NCBI GenBank assembly: GCA_951406725.2
Contig: OX597828.1
Location: forward strand, 6,510,001 to 6,574,000
Length of the DNA stretch: 64,000 nucleotides
Direction of reading: 5' to 3'
Source of the DNA: Octopus vulgaris
Lineage: Eukaryota
This document shows positions 1 to 13,848 of the stretch, piece after piece. The stretch's first letter is position 1; every line of letters starts with the position of its first letter. The notes beneath the pieces are model-generated. The model did not search any database. It was not told where the DNA came from and saw only the letters and a list, made by a program, of their open reading frames with translations. Both the position numbers and the translations under genes were made by a program.

Positions 1-56
1 CACCTATATTTATCCCTAAATAGATATACACATACAGTTAAAGCAATGCAAGCCTG

Positions 57-164
57 TACCCACGTATAATATTATATATATATATATATTATACGTATAT
101 ATTATATTATATATATATCATATTATATATATATATACCCACGTATATATTATATTATATATAT

Positions 165-208
<44 letters not shown>

Positions 209-240
209 CACGTATATATTATATTATATATATGTATTGT
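57..240. repeat. AT-rich degenerate tandem repeat (CCCACGTATATATTATATTAT units with (TA)n)
   Basis: CCCACGTATA recurs at ~59, ~138 and ~207, separated by TA/TAT runs. Confidence 0.75.
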
Positions 241-1240
241 ATATCTAAATATATATGAATATAAATAAATATTTTATAAATGTATGTGCGCGTGGTGTGT
301 GTAGGCAATTAATCGGGTAAAATACCCATGGACGCCAGATGCTCACGGATAGTATTAGCGAGAAAGAGAGAGGGAGAGAGGGAGGGAGAGAGAAAGGGAG
401 AGAGAGAGGGGGCGTGTGTAATGGAGATTGGGATTATGTCTTTGAGTATGCCTTGGATTTCATGCAAATGAAGAAAATATGCAATACATGTACGCGTGTA
501 GGGTTGAAGGCGGGGAAGGACAACTGTGTTTGAATGTTCCATCTATGTGCCTATTTATCTGGTTGTTTGTGTGTATGTCTGTATCTATGTATCTATGTAT
601 TTATGCATCTCTATGTGTGTGTCTGATCAGAGGAGAACGTTTCAGAATTGGTGTAGAATAGAGAGAAGTAGAGAACATGTTAGAGAGGGTATTGGAATTT
701 AGAGCGACATGGGGGGTGGTTCTTTTAATTGTATATATGTGGAAAGATAGAATGAAATAATGGAAGTATATATGTAGAGGAGAGGGTAAGTTGCAGCGAG
801 TTAGGAATTGAGTTGAAAGAATTTTTAGAATTTTATTAAATAGTTAGACGGCGGAGAATATGAAAAAGAAAAGCGAATGGGCAAGGAAGAGGGGCATGCA
901 TACTCTCTCTCTCTCTCTCAAACACACACATACACTCATACACCCACATATACACGAACATATATATAAACAAATATATACATGTGCTTGTGTGTGTGTG
1001 TTTTTTTTTAATTGTCACCCATTTTATTGCGGCCATGCTGTAGCTTTACCTTGAAGAATTTTTAATCGAATGAATCGAATGAACCTTTGCATTATTTTTA
1101 TTCCAAGTACTTATTTATCGGTATTTTTGCCGAACTGCTAGTTTACGGGGAATACAGGGGACTATGGCTTAGTATATATGTCTGTTTTTACATCATTGTA
1201 ACACGCTACTTAAATGCATTTAACTGGCTTTCTGTTACAA

Positions 1241-1429
1241 TATTGTTATGTCACCTGTCTTCGGCATTTTAAAAAAATTTGCATGAAATGTTTTGTAATC
1301 TTACATAACACACACACACAGCACATATACAAACACACAGACGGTCACACACACACACACGCACACAGACACACACACGCAGATAATTCAAATTTTTAAA
1401 AAATGCCGAAGACAGGTGACATAACAATA
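1241..1429. repeat. ~41-bp inverted repeat around a (CA)n tract
   Basis: TATTGTTATGTCACCTGTCTTCGGCATTTT at 1241-1270 is the exact reverse complement of 1400-1429, extending with 2 mismatches to 1281/1389. Confidence 0.85.
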
Positions 1430-1560
1430 AGCAGGTGTATTAGTTCAACGCTCGGGAAGAATGGAAAAGTTATTGATGTTTTGAGCCTACGCTCCTCGAC
1501 AGAAAAGAATGAGAAGAAAGAAATGGTGAAAGAAAACAAAAAACCAAAGAAAATACGGCG
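1395..1560 (-). mobile_element. Short Penelope-associated (HHR-bearing) repeat copy with decayed hammerhead core
   Basis: Minus strand reads CTGTCGA-G-GAGC-GTAG-GCTC-AAAA-CATCA followed by CCCGAGCGTTGAACTAATACACCTGCTT; same family as 19000-19113, 33170-33280, 36352-36557 and 58880-58960. Confidence 0.6.
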
Positions 1561-1929
1561 CGAGAAAAAAAATATAACAACGGGCTACTTTCACTTTCCA
1601 TTGACCCAAACTACTCAAAAATTTTAGTTGCCCCTAGGATATGGTTACCCTATGGCTAAGGTGCAGCGCATTGCGACTGAGTCCAAACCACGTAGTTGTG
1701 AAACAAATTTCTTAGTAACAGTGCTACACCGACATCCATATAACTTTAATTCTTTTCTTAATGTATTGAGTATTTTTTTAAAATTTAGGCCTGATTGCTT
1801 TCATGTGCTTTCAAAAGATTAGTCACACTCTAACCGACACACAAGAACACATAATTGCATATATATACATATATACATATTAATGTTTAAATACAGTTAT
1901 ATATGTATAAATGCATATGTACGTGTTAG

Positions 1930-1988
<59 letters not shown>

Positions 1989-1989
1989 C

Positions 1990-2138
1990 GAAGCGCATTC
2001 GTGGCTGTGTGGTAATAAAATTCTGCCCACCCACATGGTTCGCGGTTCAGTCACACTGTGTGACATTTTGGGCAAGTGTCTTCTACATTAACCTCGGTAC
2101 AACGAAGGCCTTGCGACGGAGACTGAAAGAAATCTGGC

Positions 2139-2140
<2 letters not shown>
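1990..2140 (+). mobile_element. tRNA-derived SINE family A, 5' head
   Basis: GTGGCTGTGTGGTAA (A-box-like), GGTTCAGTC (B-box-like), then TTGGGCAAGTGTCTTCTAC, shared with copies at 9297, 36668 and 56530. Confidence 0.75.
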
Positions 2141-2194
<54 letters not shown>

Positions 2195-2200
<6 letters not shown>

Positions 2201-2345
2201 CATTTGACTGCGGCCATGCTAGAACACTGCTTTTGTCGAACAAATCGATCCCATGACTCATTCTTTATAAGCCTAGTACTTATCACATCGTTCCCTTTTG
2301 CCGAAATGCTAAGCTACACGGATGTGAACACACCAACATCGTTTA
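2195..2345 (-). mobile_element. SINE family A, 3' tail fragment
   Basis: CATTTGACTGCGGCCATGCT...CTTTTGCCGAA...ACACCAACATCG matches the tails at 36680 and 56560. Confidence 0.75.
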
Positions 2346-2499
2346 TCATGCATATATATATATACATGTGCGTTTGTGCACGCACACACACACACAAATA
2401 TATATATATGTATATATCACGGTGACCGGCCAGGCTATCAGATGTTTCGCATTGTTTTAGCCTTCAAATGACGCCACCCCGCTGGCTAAGCGAGCAGGC

Positions 2500-2604
<105 letters not shown>

Positions 2605-3563
2605 ATTACATATATATATATATTTTTACAAACACACACTCACACACACATTTGTATGTATCTAATTAAGTAGCAGCGCGAGAGGGGGGTAGGAGTATAT
2701 ATATGGACTATGTGTAGGGGTGGAGTAGAGTCTCAAACTGAATGAAACTTGTGTTGGTGTTCGGGTATATTAGTATTTATGTGTGAATGAGAAGGCGCGA
2801 TTGTTGGTGCATTTGTTGCGGTTGGACGCTTCTTTGTGTCTGTTTATAGCAGAAAGATGATAGACTCCATGTATATTGGTTTACGTACGTGCTTATGCAC
2901 GTAAGCATGTATAAGGGTAAGTGCGTATTTATAGGACACTCAGGTCTGTTTGTACGAAGTGTTTATCTACGTAGCACTAAATGAAGGCGGGTATATATTG
3001 TATCGCATTCGGGTGTCTGTAACTACCTGTGAGGGCGGATGTGTATTTAAAAGACCGTCTGATGGAAAAGATTGAGTGTGTGTGTGTGTGTGTGTGCATT
3101 GTGCGCCTCCGGGTAGTTAAAGAGAGCGTTTATGCATGTGTAAGGGCAGGTTTGTATTGTGAGACAGCTGAAGAGCAAACAACGATATATGTAGATGAAT
3201 ATGTGTATGTGTATGGAAGCGTGAGGGTAGCGGGTATCAGAAAGGATGACTGCATATGTGTGTGTATGTGTGTATGTGTGTGTGTGTGCGTGTATGGAGA
3301 ACGTATACGTATAACAGTCGTATCAGAAACATTGAATGCATATTTGTGTGTGCATGTGTATGTGCGTGTGTGTATGTGTGTGCGCGCGCATATGGAGAGT
3401 GTATACGTATGACAGTCGTCTGGCAGATTGTGCGTATATATATGTGTGAGTGTGTGTGTCTGCTCATATGCAAATATATATGCATATATACATACATATA
3501 TATATATATTTATATATACATATATACACTCATAAATATATATATATGTGTATATATATATAC

Positions 3564-3594
<31 letters not shown>

Positions 3595-3595
3595 C

Positions 3596-3671
<76 letters not shown>

Positions 3672-4212
3672 CATCTAAATGTGTGTTTGTATGGGTATTT
3701 TTGTAACAGTCAGGTGGCAGGAAGGGAGCGTGTAGGTGTTTGGGGAAGGGTATTTTCATAATAGTCGGGTGGCAAACCATGTGCGCAAGTGCGTATGTTT
3801 GTGTGCAAATTATGGTGATGAGGGGAACAAACAGAGACGTATCTATGTGTGTGTGGCGTATGTGTGTGTCTGTGTGCGTATGCGCATGTGTGGGAATGCA
3901 TATATGTGTGTGTGTATAGGAGGTGCTTCGATAATAGTCGGGTGGAAGACAATGTTTGCATGAGAGGTGGGGGTGTTCTTGTAACAGACATGCTATGCGC
4001 ATGTGTTTGTGTTTATGTGTCTGTGTGTGCATGTGTACGTGTGTATCAATCTGTCTGATCATGTGTGTTTCACAGAATGCATTTGTGGGTATATGTGTGT
4101 GAGTATATGCATGCACGCGCGCGTGACCATGAGCGTGTGAGCCAGAGAGAGTACGAATACACCGAAATTGCATTATTGCGTGTACGTGCGATTGAATCAG
4201 AGCGTCTCTATG

Positions 4213-4214
<2 letters not shown>

Positions 4215-4289
<75 letters not shown>

Positions 4290-4386
4290 GGTGGTGGTGG
4301 TGGTAGTGGTGGTGGTGGTGGTGGTGGTGGTGGTGGTGGTGGTGGTGGTGGTGGTGGTGGTCGTCGTCGTCGTCATAGTAGTAGTA
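4215..4386. repeat. Compound in-phase trinucleotide microsatellite (AGT)n-(GGT)n-(CGT)n-(AGT)n
   Basis: Directly visible; it generates the poly-S/G/V/T/H/Y ORFs in the track. Confidence 0.95.
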
Positions 4387-4989
4387 GAAAAGAGCGCAAA
4401 ACAGAGAGAGAGCGGGAGACAGAAAAGAGAGAAAGAGAGCGACCAAAAGAGAGAAAGAGAGAGAGCAAAAGAGAGAAAGAGAGAGAGCAAAAGAGAGAAA
4501 GAGAGAGAAAAAGAGAGGGAGAGAGAAAGACAGAGAGAGAGAGAGAGATGGATTATGTTGTTTGTAAATGCATCTGAAAGAAAGTTATTCACAGTAAAGG
4601 AGGGAAAAATTGAGCGCGGGAGACAATTATGCAGAAATAAGTTTGAAGGGTCTACGTGAAAGTGAAAGAGGGAATAAGAGGGAAAGTAAATATGAGTGAA
4701 TGTAAAAAGGGAGAGGAACAGAGAAAGAGAGAGAGAGTGTGGGTGTTGTAGAATCAGTAATGATTTGTAGAGAGAGTGATAGAAATAATAAACGAAAGAC
4801 AGACAGAAAGAGAGGGAGGGAGGGATGTGTAGAAGAAATTCGTGGACCCAAAACTAGAGAATGAGTTGAGGTGAATACGTGAGCGAAACGATTGATTGTG
4901 TGAGGGGTTGAGTGAGTAAGGGAACAAAGGCATGAGTGTGAGCGTGAGAGTGTGACTGAGTAACTGAATAAATCAATCGCTGAGTGTGG

Positions 4990-5165
4990 TGTGGTGTGTG
5001 AGTGACTTAGTGAGTGACTGAGCGAGTGAGTGAGTGGGTGAGTGAGTGAGTGAGTGAATGAGTGAGTGAGTGAGTGGGTGAGTGAGTGGGTTAGTGAGTG
5101 AATGAGTGATGAGTGATGAGTGAATGAGTGAGTGAGTGAGTGAGTGAGTAAGTGAGTGAGTGTGA
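4990..5165. repeat. (GAGT)n microsatellite
   Basis: Directly visible. Confidence 0.9.
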
Positions 5166-5261
5166 GCTTATAGGCACATTGAGTGGCTGTGAATTAAAAA
5201 GTTTGCTTCTCAATAACATGGTTATAGTTCCAGAGTCACTGTCGGCTACTTACCAAATACT

Positions 5262-5575
5262 TATGAGTGAATTTGGTAGATGGAAACTGAAAGAAGCGTG
5301 TTGTATATATGCAGATGTGTGTGTGTTTGTGTGTTTGTGTGTGTCTGTGTATATGAGTGTGTGTTATGTCCGTATTTGTCTCCCACAACCGTATGATAAC
5401 TGGTGATAGTGTGCCACGTCCCCGCAACCAAGCAGTTCGGCAAATGAGGTCGATAGATAAGTACCAGGCTGAAAAACAAAATAAGTAGTGGGGTCGCTTC
5501 CATCGATTAAAATTTAAGGATTGCACCAGCATGGCCGCAGTCTAATGATAGAAATAAGTAACAGAAAATGATAAA
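5262..5575 (+). mobile_element. SINE family A, 5'-truncated
   Basis: GTGAATTTGGTAGATGGAAACTGAAAGAAGC, internal (GT)n, and tail CACCAGCATGGCCGCAGTCTAATGA. Confidence 0.8.
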
Positions 5576-5669
5576 AGATCTCAGTGGGTTTAGAAGTGAG
5601 GGTGTTTGAGTGTGTGTTAAAAATGTGAGTGAGTGTATGAGAAAAACACGAGTGGTGGGATAATGCGAT

Positions 5670-6145
5670 TGAGTGAGTGAGTGAGTGAAAGAGTGAGCAA
5701 AACGTGAAGGAGAATGTGAATGAATGAAGTCTGTGAGTAAGAATGAGTGTAAGTGAGTGAAAGAGTGAGCAAAGAGTGAATGAGAATGTTAATAAATTAA
5801 GTGTGTGAGTGAGCAAAAGTGAAGGAGAGTGTGAATGAATGAAGTGTGTGTGAGTGAGTGAAAAAGTGAGCAAAGAGTGATGAAAATGAATTGTGATTGA
5901 GAATGCGTGTGTGTGAGAGAAAAAGTGCGAATGAGAATGAATGAAGTGTGTGATTGAGTGAAAGAGTGAGCAAAGAGTGAATGAGAATATGAATGAAGTG
6001 TGTGATTGAGAATGAGTGTGAGTGAAGGAGAGAGCAAAAGGTGAAGGAGAATATGAATGAATGAAGTGTGTGAGTGAGAATAAGTGTGAGTGAGTGAAAG
6101 AGTGAGCAAAATGTCAATGAGAATGTGAATGAATGAAGTGTATGC
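5670..6145. repeat. Degenerate purine-rich minisatellite, ~55-65 bp unit
   Basis: Recurrent GAGTGAGTGAAAGAGTGAGCAAA...GAGAATGTGAATGAATGAAGTGTGTG units. Confidence 0.8.
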
Positions 6146-6922
6146 GTTAATGAGGAAATATACAAGTTAGCGTGTTTCTGATTGACAGGATGAAAGAGTG
6201 AAAGAAAATGGGAAATGAGAGAAAGTGAGTGAGAGAGAGAGGGGGGAGGGACAGAGATGAAGAAAGAGAGAAGAAAGAGAAGTGAAGAGAGAAAGAGGGG
6301 GGAAAAGAAAGAGAAATTATGGGTGGTTAGCAGAGAGGATCTTACATGGCATGTGACATCAAGAGATAGGGGATATGAAAAGGGTTAAATAATGGGATGG
6401 GGGTAGGATCATAGAGTTGAGATCACAAAGACAGGATGTGGGGTGGCGATTCAATACACAAATGTAAACATTAAAACTCAGACGTGTTAGGGGTCTGGGT
6501 AAGGGACTGAGGCTAGACAATGTGATCGATACAGACAAGGGTAAAACCGATGCGGAGGTGTCTGGAAGGATTGTTGCGAACAGTGAATGCAAAAGCGTGT
6601 GTTTGCGTACGTGTGTTTGTATTGGGGGTTGTTTGTTTTGTTGTTGTGTGTGTTTGGTGGAGGTGTGCTTATGACAGGGAATCAGGGAACCAGGGAACCA
6701 TGGAACAGAGGGTGGATGGTAAGTTGGATCAGTGCAGGAACGGAAGGCTGTTCTGGAAAATAAGCGATATGTAAATAAAATAAGAAAAAAAAAATGATTA
6801 CTTCAGTGACGTATGGATGAAAGAAAAAGACTGATAGCAAATGTACACACGCACATAAATGTACACGTGTGTGTATGTGCGGGTGTATATGTATGTATAA
6901 CTATACATGTGCGTGCCTGTGT

Positions 6923-7014
<92 letters not shown>

Positions 7015-7439
7015 GTATATATCACATGAATGACAATACTTATTTATACATGCATATATATACATACATACAAACATATGTACATATATACGAACATACA
7101 TAAATGCATACGAACACACACACACATACACACACACACACATATATATATATATGTGTGTGTACATATATACGCATGCATCCATAATAATTGTCTGCTT
7201 TGCGTTTGCTTTCATGACCCATCCACAATCCAGTGATATGTTTATGTGAATGTGTAGGAAAGCGAGTGAATTTGATAGAAGGTAGACGACACTTTACGTC
7301 TTTGCAGTTAGACGCTGTTAAATACCGTATAATCGAACAGGTTAATGCACTATTTTCTTCGGTCTACTTGAAACTTTTAAAAAAACCACCATGCATATAT
7401 ACTTACACACACGCACACACACTCTCACACACTCAGGCG

Positions 7440-7498
<59 letters not shown>

Positions 7499-7506
7499 GT
7501 ACATAC

Positions 7507-7776
7507 AGGGATGGCACTCCATCGGCTACGACAACGAAGGTTCCGGTTGATCCGATCAACGGAACAGCCTGTCTGTGGAATTTACGTGCATGTGGCTGAG
7601 TACTCCACAGACACGTGCTCTCTTAACGTAGTTCTCACAACTCATTTTTGCCAGCTGAGTGGACTGGAATAACATGAAATAAATTGTCTTGCTCAAAGAC
7701 ACATCGCGTCGCCGGGGATGGAACTCATGACCTTGCATTCGTGAGCTGAATACCCTAACCAGTAAGTCAAACGCCT
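7507..7776 (-). mobile_element. tRNA-derived SINE family C
   Basis: Minus strand has a tRNA-like head (TGGTTAGGGTATTCAGCTCACGAA...GAGTTCCATCCC), then TTGAGCAAGACA...GTCCACTCAGCTG; related head at 28745. Confidence 0.7.
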
Positions 7777-8792
7777 ACACACACACACACACATATATAC
7801 ACACACATACATACATACATACATACGTACATACATACCTACATACATACATACATGCATACATACATACATACATACATACATGCATACGTACGTACAT
7901 ACATACATACATGCATACGTACGTACATACATACATACTTACATACATACATACACACACACACACAGATATATACATACATACATGCATGCATACACAC
8001 ACAGACACATACATACATACATACATACATACATACATACATACACATGAGCAAAAACCTCGCAAGATTTCACTGGTTAAGATGCATCGTTTCTTACACC
8101 GGTGGTCTTAATAATCCAACAAAAGCTGATAGCTCAAGGAAATATATATCTTTGTGTGAAATCGCGTACGCGTCCATGAGGATATATATATATAGGTACA
8201 TATCTACGCATATATACACATATATATGTCTACATAAATACATTCAGACATACATACGCACACACATATATACAGGTATGTATTAATTTCGAGACTCGCA
8301 TGAACATCTTTCTCTCACTCATTCATTTATACAAATATAAATTTATACAACATTAGTCATACATCCTACTATTTGGCAACTAGTTGTTGAGCACTCACTG
8401 TGAGTAAGTATCTCGAACAGAGGAAGTAAGATGTCCACGTGCGTCTAGTTAGGACATGTATAGCTCCTAGCCATTTTAAAGTTCCTAATTGTATATCCTT
8501 CCTAGCGAAGCTCGCTGGAGGTATTTTCTATTTCTCGTTAAAACACGATTTTCCGGTTGTATGTAAAATGCTCTTTTCGTTCCCCTTGTGTGTTCCAGAC
8601 GCTTTATAATTAACCCCTTATGCTGACGTATATATGCATACTCATATATACATATTCATATAGTTATATACCAACGTATGTGTGTGCGCGCATCCTTATA
8701 TGCATGCATGTATGTACATATATTTATATCTATCTATCTGTCTGTCTATCTGTCTATCTGTCTGTCTGTCTGCCTGTCTGTCTATCTATCTG

Positions 8793-8873
<81 letters not shown>

Positions 8874-9076
8874 CTAAATATATATATATACAAATAGATG
8901 CATACATACACACACACAAACACACGCATGTATGAGTATATATGTGTATGTATGTGTGTGTGCGTTTGTGTGTATGTGTGCGTGTGTGTGTGTGTTTGTG
9001 TATATAGATACAATAATATCGAACAGTGAGAATGAGTGCTGACTCCACATTGGTGGATAAATATTCTTTATTCGTA

Positions 9077-9281
9077 GGATAACCAGACAACCATTGTTTC
9101 CATGTAGGTAGAGATATCTCTCAAAAACTATTCAGACCTGCCACATGGGTGTTGAATTTCGTCTACATGTTGGATAAAATCCTCGGCGATGGAGACGACC
9201 AAGAATGTCCCATGAGACAGAATTGGAGACTTACAGAGTGATAACTCTCTCTACATGAAACTAATGGTAGTCTGGATATCT
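9077..9281. mobile_element. MITE-like element, ~45-bp imperfect terminal inverted repeats
   Basis: GATAACCAGACAACCATTGTTTCCATGTAGGTAGAGATATC (9078-9118) vs the reverse complement of 9240-9280, GATATCCAGACTACCATTAGTTTCATGTAGAGAGAGTTATC. Confidence 0.6.
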
Positions 9282-9296
9282 AAGGAAGAATACATA

Positions 9297-9570
9297 AGCG
9301 TGGGTGAGTGGTAAGAAGCTGGCTTCTCAGCCACATGCTTCCAAGTTCAATTCCACTGTGTGGCACCTTGGTCAAATGTCTTCTACTATAGGTTCGAGCC
9401 GACTGAAGCCTTGTGAGTAGATTCGGTGTATATGTTTGTGTGCGTATGTGCGTGAGTGTGTGTGTGTACACACACACACATATACATAAATATGTATATA
9501 TGTTTGGGTTTGGGTTTTCCTTCCATCACCGTATGACAACCGGTGTTGGTGTGTTTATGTCCCTGGAGCT
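9297..9570 (+). mobile_element. SINE family A copy, ending at the mariner insertion
   Basis: Head GTGGTAAGAAGCT...AGTTCAATTCCACTGTGTGGCACCTTGG, internal (GT)n, ACAACCGGTGTTGGTGTGTTTATGTCCC. Confidence 0.75.
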
Positions 9571-9575
9571 ATATA

Positions 9576-10846
9576 TCAGACTGAGTAAAAAGTAAGCAAC
9601 GTTTTGAAACATCAAATTCATCACGCTATATTTCACTAATGCCGGAGTTTTATTCATGATAGTAAGTACCATTACAATCAACGCGTTTTTGCAAACGAGT
9701 TTCTAGTTTGTTATTTCTGGTAACATAAAATTCTGGAGTTTTGGTTGTGATGAACGTTTAAACGCACTTTCAGCATCGGTTTGATTTTTGAACTCCTCCT
9801 CTTCTCTCACGGGAAACCATCAAGGTGCTTGAAAAAATGGTAGTCGGTATGAGAAAGGACTGGGGAATAACCTGGGTAAGGAAGAAGTTCGTAGCCCTCA
9901 ACTTCTGGAGCGTCATTAGTGAAATGTGTGGTCGAGCATTGTCATAAAGAATAATTGACTCACTTTTGGTGACTAGTCTGGGACGGAATAGTAGTAGTTT
10001 TTCGTTCATTATGGCAATTTCATGGTAATATCTTTCAGCCGTAATGGTTTTTCCAGGTTTTAATAAGTTATAGTGGATGAGTCCAGCGGTGCCCCACTAA
10101 TAAGTCACCACAAACTTGTCTTTGAAGAGCTCGGGTTTAGGGAAGATTTTCAGTGCTTCATTTTGGTGAAACAACAACGAAGAACGATTTTGTTATTGTA
10201 CAGAATCCACTTTAAATCGGTGGTTACAAGTTACAATGCGGTCGAGAAACGGATCGGTCTGCTTACGGAGAAGAAGCGACGAGCAAATTTGATACCTGCA
10301 CATTTTCTGATTTTCATTCAAATCCTGTGGTACCCATTTGCCGAGCATTTTTAATTTTCCGATCGCATGCAAATGGCTGAAGATAGTTTTCTGGCTAACT
10401 TGAAGTTCTTTTGCCAGTTCTCGACTGGTTTTACGTGGATCTTTCTACAATTGACCGTCATCGATGACAGGCGTCCACTACGCTCGCGATTTTCAAGGCT
10501 TAGGTCTTCACTGTGAAATCGTCTAGAACATTTTCGAACTGACCACTAACTGGTCATTTCCTCACGAAATCTTTCGTTGATATCGTGAGAAGTTTCAGTT
10601 GCTTTACATCATTTTTTCAAGTTTCACAGCAAAATTACTCGAATATAGCGCTATGGCAATTCCATTTCAAATGATTATAACAACGGGGAAAAAAAAATCA
10701 ACGTTAACTTATTGATGCATTTGGGCAAAGCTATATCTATATTATCAGAGAATTGCAATAGAATGTTTAAAAAAAACTGAAGACTGCAAAAATCCGGTAC
10801 AAATTCTTCATGGTTCAAAACGTTGCTTACTTTTTACTCAACTTGA
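9576..10846 (-). mobile_element. Full-length defective mariner (DD34D) DNA transposon
   Basis: TIR core TGAGTAAAAAGTAAGCAACGTTTTGAA at both ends, TA flanks, ~1.27 kb, internal transposase remnants. Confidence 0.95.
9650..10665 (-). pseudogene. Mariner transposase pseudogene
   Basis: Minus-strand motifs KWVPQDL (WVPHEL), FLDRIVTC..KWILYNN, YDNARPH, YSPVLSHTDYHFF (YSPDL..D) and C-terminal RLQKRVDCNGTYY; several stops and frameshifts. Confidence 0.93.
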
Positions 10847-10865
10847 TATATGTATGTGTGTGTGA

Positions 10866-10908
<43 letters not shown>

Positions 10909-10917
10909 TAGATAGAT

Positions 10918-10959
<42 letters not shown>

Positions 10960-11013
10960 GTGGATAGAGAGATATTATATATATATATACGTATATATAC
11001 ACATATACATTAT

Positions 11014-11085
<72 letters not shown>

Positions 11086-11208
11086 CATATATATATGTGT
11101 GTGTATGCATGCGCGTCTGTGTGTGTATATGTATATGTATATATATATATATATACATACATATGCATTAATGTATATATATAAATATATATATATACAC
11201 ACACACAC

Positions 11209-11244
<36 letters not shown>

Positions 11245-12136
11245 ATGGATAGACAGGAGCATCTTCTCTGTAACTCGAATGTTGCGCGATGATTTAGATC
11301 CTTCAGAAGATTAGCGATATGTAAATATACCGGCATTTTATTTATAATGGATGTATTGCAAGGTTCCTTGTATGCTTTCAAGTGTTTGACATATATTTTA
11401 GTCGCGTATCAAATAATATGTAATGTAGAGTCCTCTCAGAGAACAAAAGTATCGATTAGACAACTCAAAATACACATTGTGAGATGCATGCGTTTAGTTA
11501 CCTCAAACTTTCTTACACACACACACACGCACACACACACACATAGACACTCTCACACACATACTCACACGCACACATACACACACACACTATTGTATTC
11601 TTTTTTATGGCATAAACAAATGGACAGGCATATGAAACGCATCCCACTTTCAGCAATCCATATTCAGAAAAAAATGGATTTTTGTCCATTAGAGCATGTA
11701 ATATTTAAAACAAAATCGTAGTACATTGCAAAACTACCTTAGTCATAGCAGAAATCATTACTGTATATAAAAAGTAAATTAGTAATACATCTGCACACAA
11801 AGCAAGAAATCACGATAGTGAAAATATCTTGTATGATTACAATAATAAAACATGCATGAAAAACCAAAGCAGACTACAGAATAGATTTTATAAACAGCAA
11901 GCGTCTGTCATAGTTTAGCATAAAGGATTGCAAGAAATAATAATGATGTTTATGGAAATATTGTGGAGTCAAATTAGCTAGAAGCTACCGTCTGGATTAA
12001 AATTAGTCTATAATAGTGAGCGACATGAACAAAATGTCTTTAAGAGAGGACCAACATTGTATATAGGACACTTGATGATATATATATATATAACAAAGTT
12101 GAGTTGTGGGGTATCGCACGAGTGGAATTATATACG

Positions 12137-12216
12137 AAAGAAGGTTTGAAAATGCAATTTAAAAGATGTTTATTTACAAGTAAATAAACATCTTTTAAAT
12201 TGCATTTTCAAACCTT

Positions 12217-12220
<4 letters not shown>
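12137..12220. repeat. Perfect 84-bp palindrome (41-bp arms, 2-nt loop) within a short insertion between (TA)n tracts
   Basis: AAAGAAGGTTTGAAAATGCAATTTAAAAGATGTTTATTTAC-AA-exact reverse complement. Confidence 0.95.
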
Positions 12221-12257
<37 letters not shown>

Positions 12258-13790
12258 CGATGTATATTAAAGCTCTCATCAGAAAGAAAATAATTTAACA
12301 TTAATGCCCACCCTGGAATAAATTCTAGCTAGAAGTGGTTTTAAGAAAACTCTGAAATAAATAAATTAGCAAATAAAAAATATTGAAAAAAAAAACACAT
12401 AAAGTAAAACTAGAAAACTGATCTTGTATAACATTTATCGTTGTAATAATGCATCCGGAAATATTACCAAAACTCATCTCACATTGTAAATACGCATTTT
12501 CTGCTTCCTGCTGATATATCACATCATCATCGACAAAGAAAACAAAAGAAAAAAGTATTAGATCTTCTATAGCTGTAGGGAAAACGTAGTACTACAAATC
12601 TCTGACAACAAACAAAAATCTATAAAGAGTAAACTTACGCGAATACTGTGGTTGAGACATAACTAGATGGATTTTAGATAGATATTACCTATCTAAGGAA
12701 ATTGTATCCCCAGATATTGAATCAATCGTTTGCACAATGAAGGCAGATATTTTTTTTAACTGAGAATACTTTTAATCAGAATAACCTGCACACCATTTGC
12801 TCTGGTCCACAAATATGTGCAATGCCACGTTCCTTTCGAAATATGTTTGGTTTTTCAAAGATAAACAAGAAACTAATCTAAATAGAACATGTAATATTTT
12901 AGTAAACACATTGGCACGTAGCGGCCTCTGTTGCTACAAGAAAACTCAGGGTCTTTACTATACATGTCCATATTTAAATATGATAGAAATAAATTTCTCA
13001 TCGTGTTTCCATGTCTCAAAAATATAAACATCAAGAATCCGAAGCTATTCCTGTGCCCATTGACTTTTAATGCCACCTGATTGAATAGTCTCGACATTTT
13101 GTGTTAAGAAGCTCGAGACGAAAGACCAAGCTAAAATTTGAGCTAAATATTGATTTTTATTATCAAGACTGGAACAGTTTCCTCCCCTTAAGGAAGCTAT
13201 TTTCATGTCTGTACTCCACTGAAAGTATTTTCAGTTGTGAATTGCAACCATGTACACGAGACACATGTGGTAGATGTTACCCAATAAGTCAGGCGCGTCA
13301 CCGAGTCTTCTTGAAATTAGAATATGCTTTTCGTAATAAAACAAAAATGTCCATCTGAGAGACACAGCATTCGTACAACTTACAGTAACGACAAATACAC
13401 TCACATACATTTGATAAATAAAGCTTACCTACTAATGTGTGTGTGTGTATCTTTCTGTCTGTGTGTGTCGGTCAAAATTTACACCCACATGATTTCAAAC
13501 TTTTATTCAACTGGAACACAAAGCTCGTAGATTTAGCGAGTAAACGGTTGAATAGACCAGAGATACGCATAAGGTCAACATAATGCTCAGTACGACGGTG
13601 AGGAGATAAGGCTGAAATAAGGGTGAAATAAGGCACAATTTATGCGCCAGGCTTGCACACAGTTTCTGTCCAGTTGCATTCTTAAGGCATAATGGGCCCG
13701 AGGCTAGAGAAAAGACACTTGCTTTGAATTAACTGACATGCTTCGTGCGCTGAGTCTCATGAATGTAGGAAAGTATTATACATACATACA

Positions 13791-13848
<58 letters not shown>

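Noticed and set aside
3130-4659. 438-aa and other long ORFs with poly-H/Y/S/G/T/V and YIYI runs
   Set aside because: Translations of microsatellites that lack stop codons; open in several frames with no domain.
5670-6145. Regularly spaced repeats as a CRISPR array
   Set aside because: Degenerate low-complexity units, no unique spacers, no cas genes, eukaryotic context.
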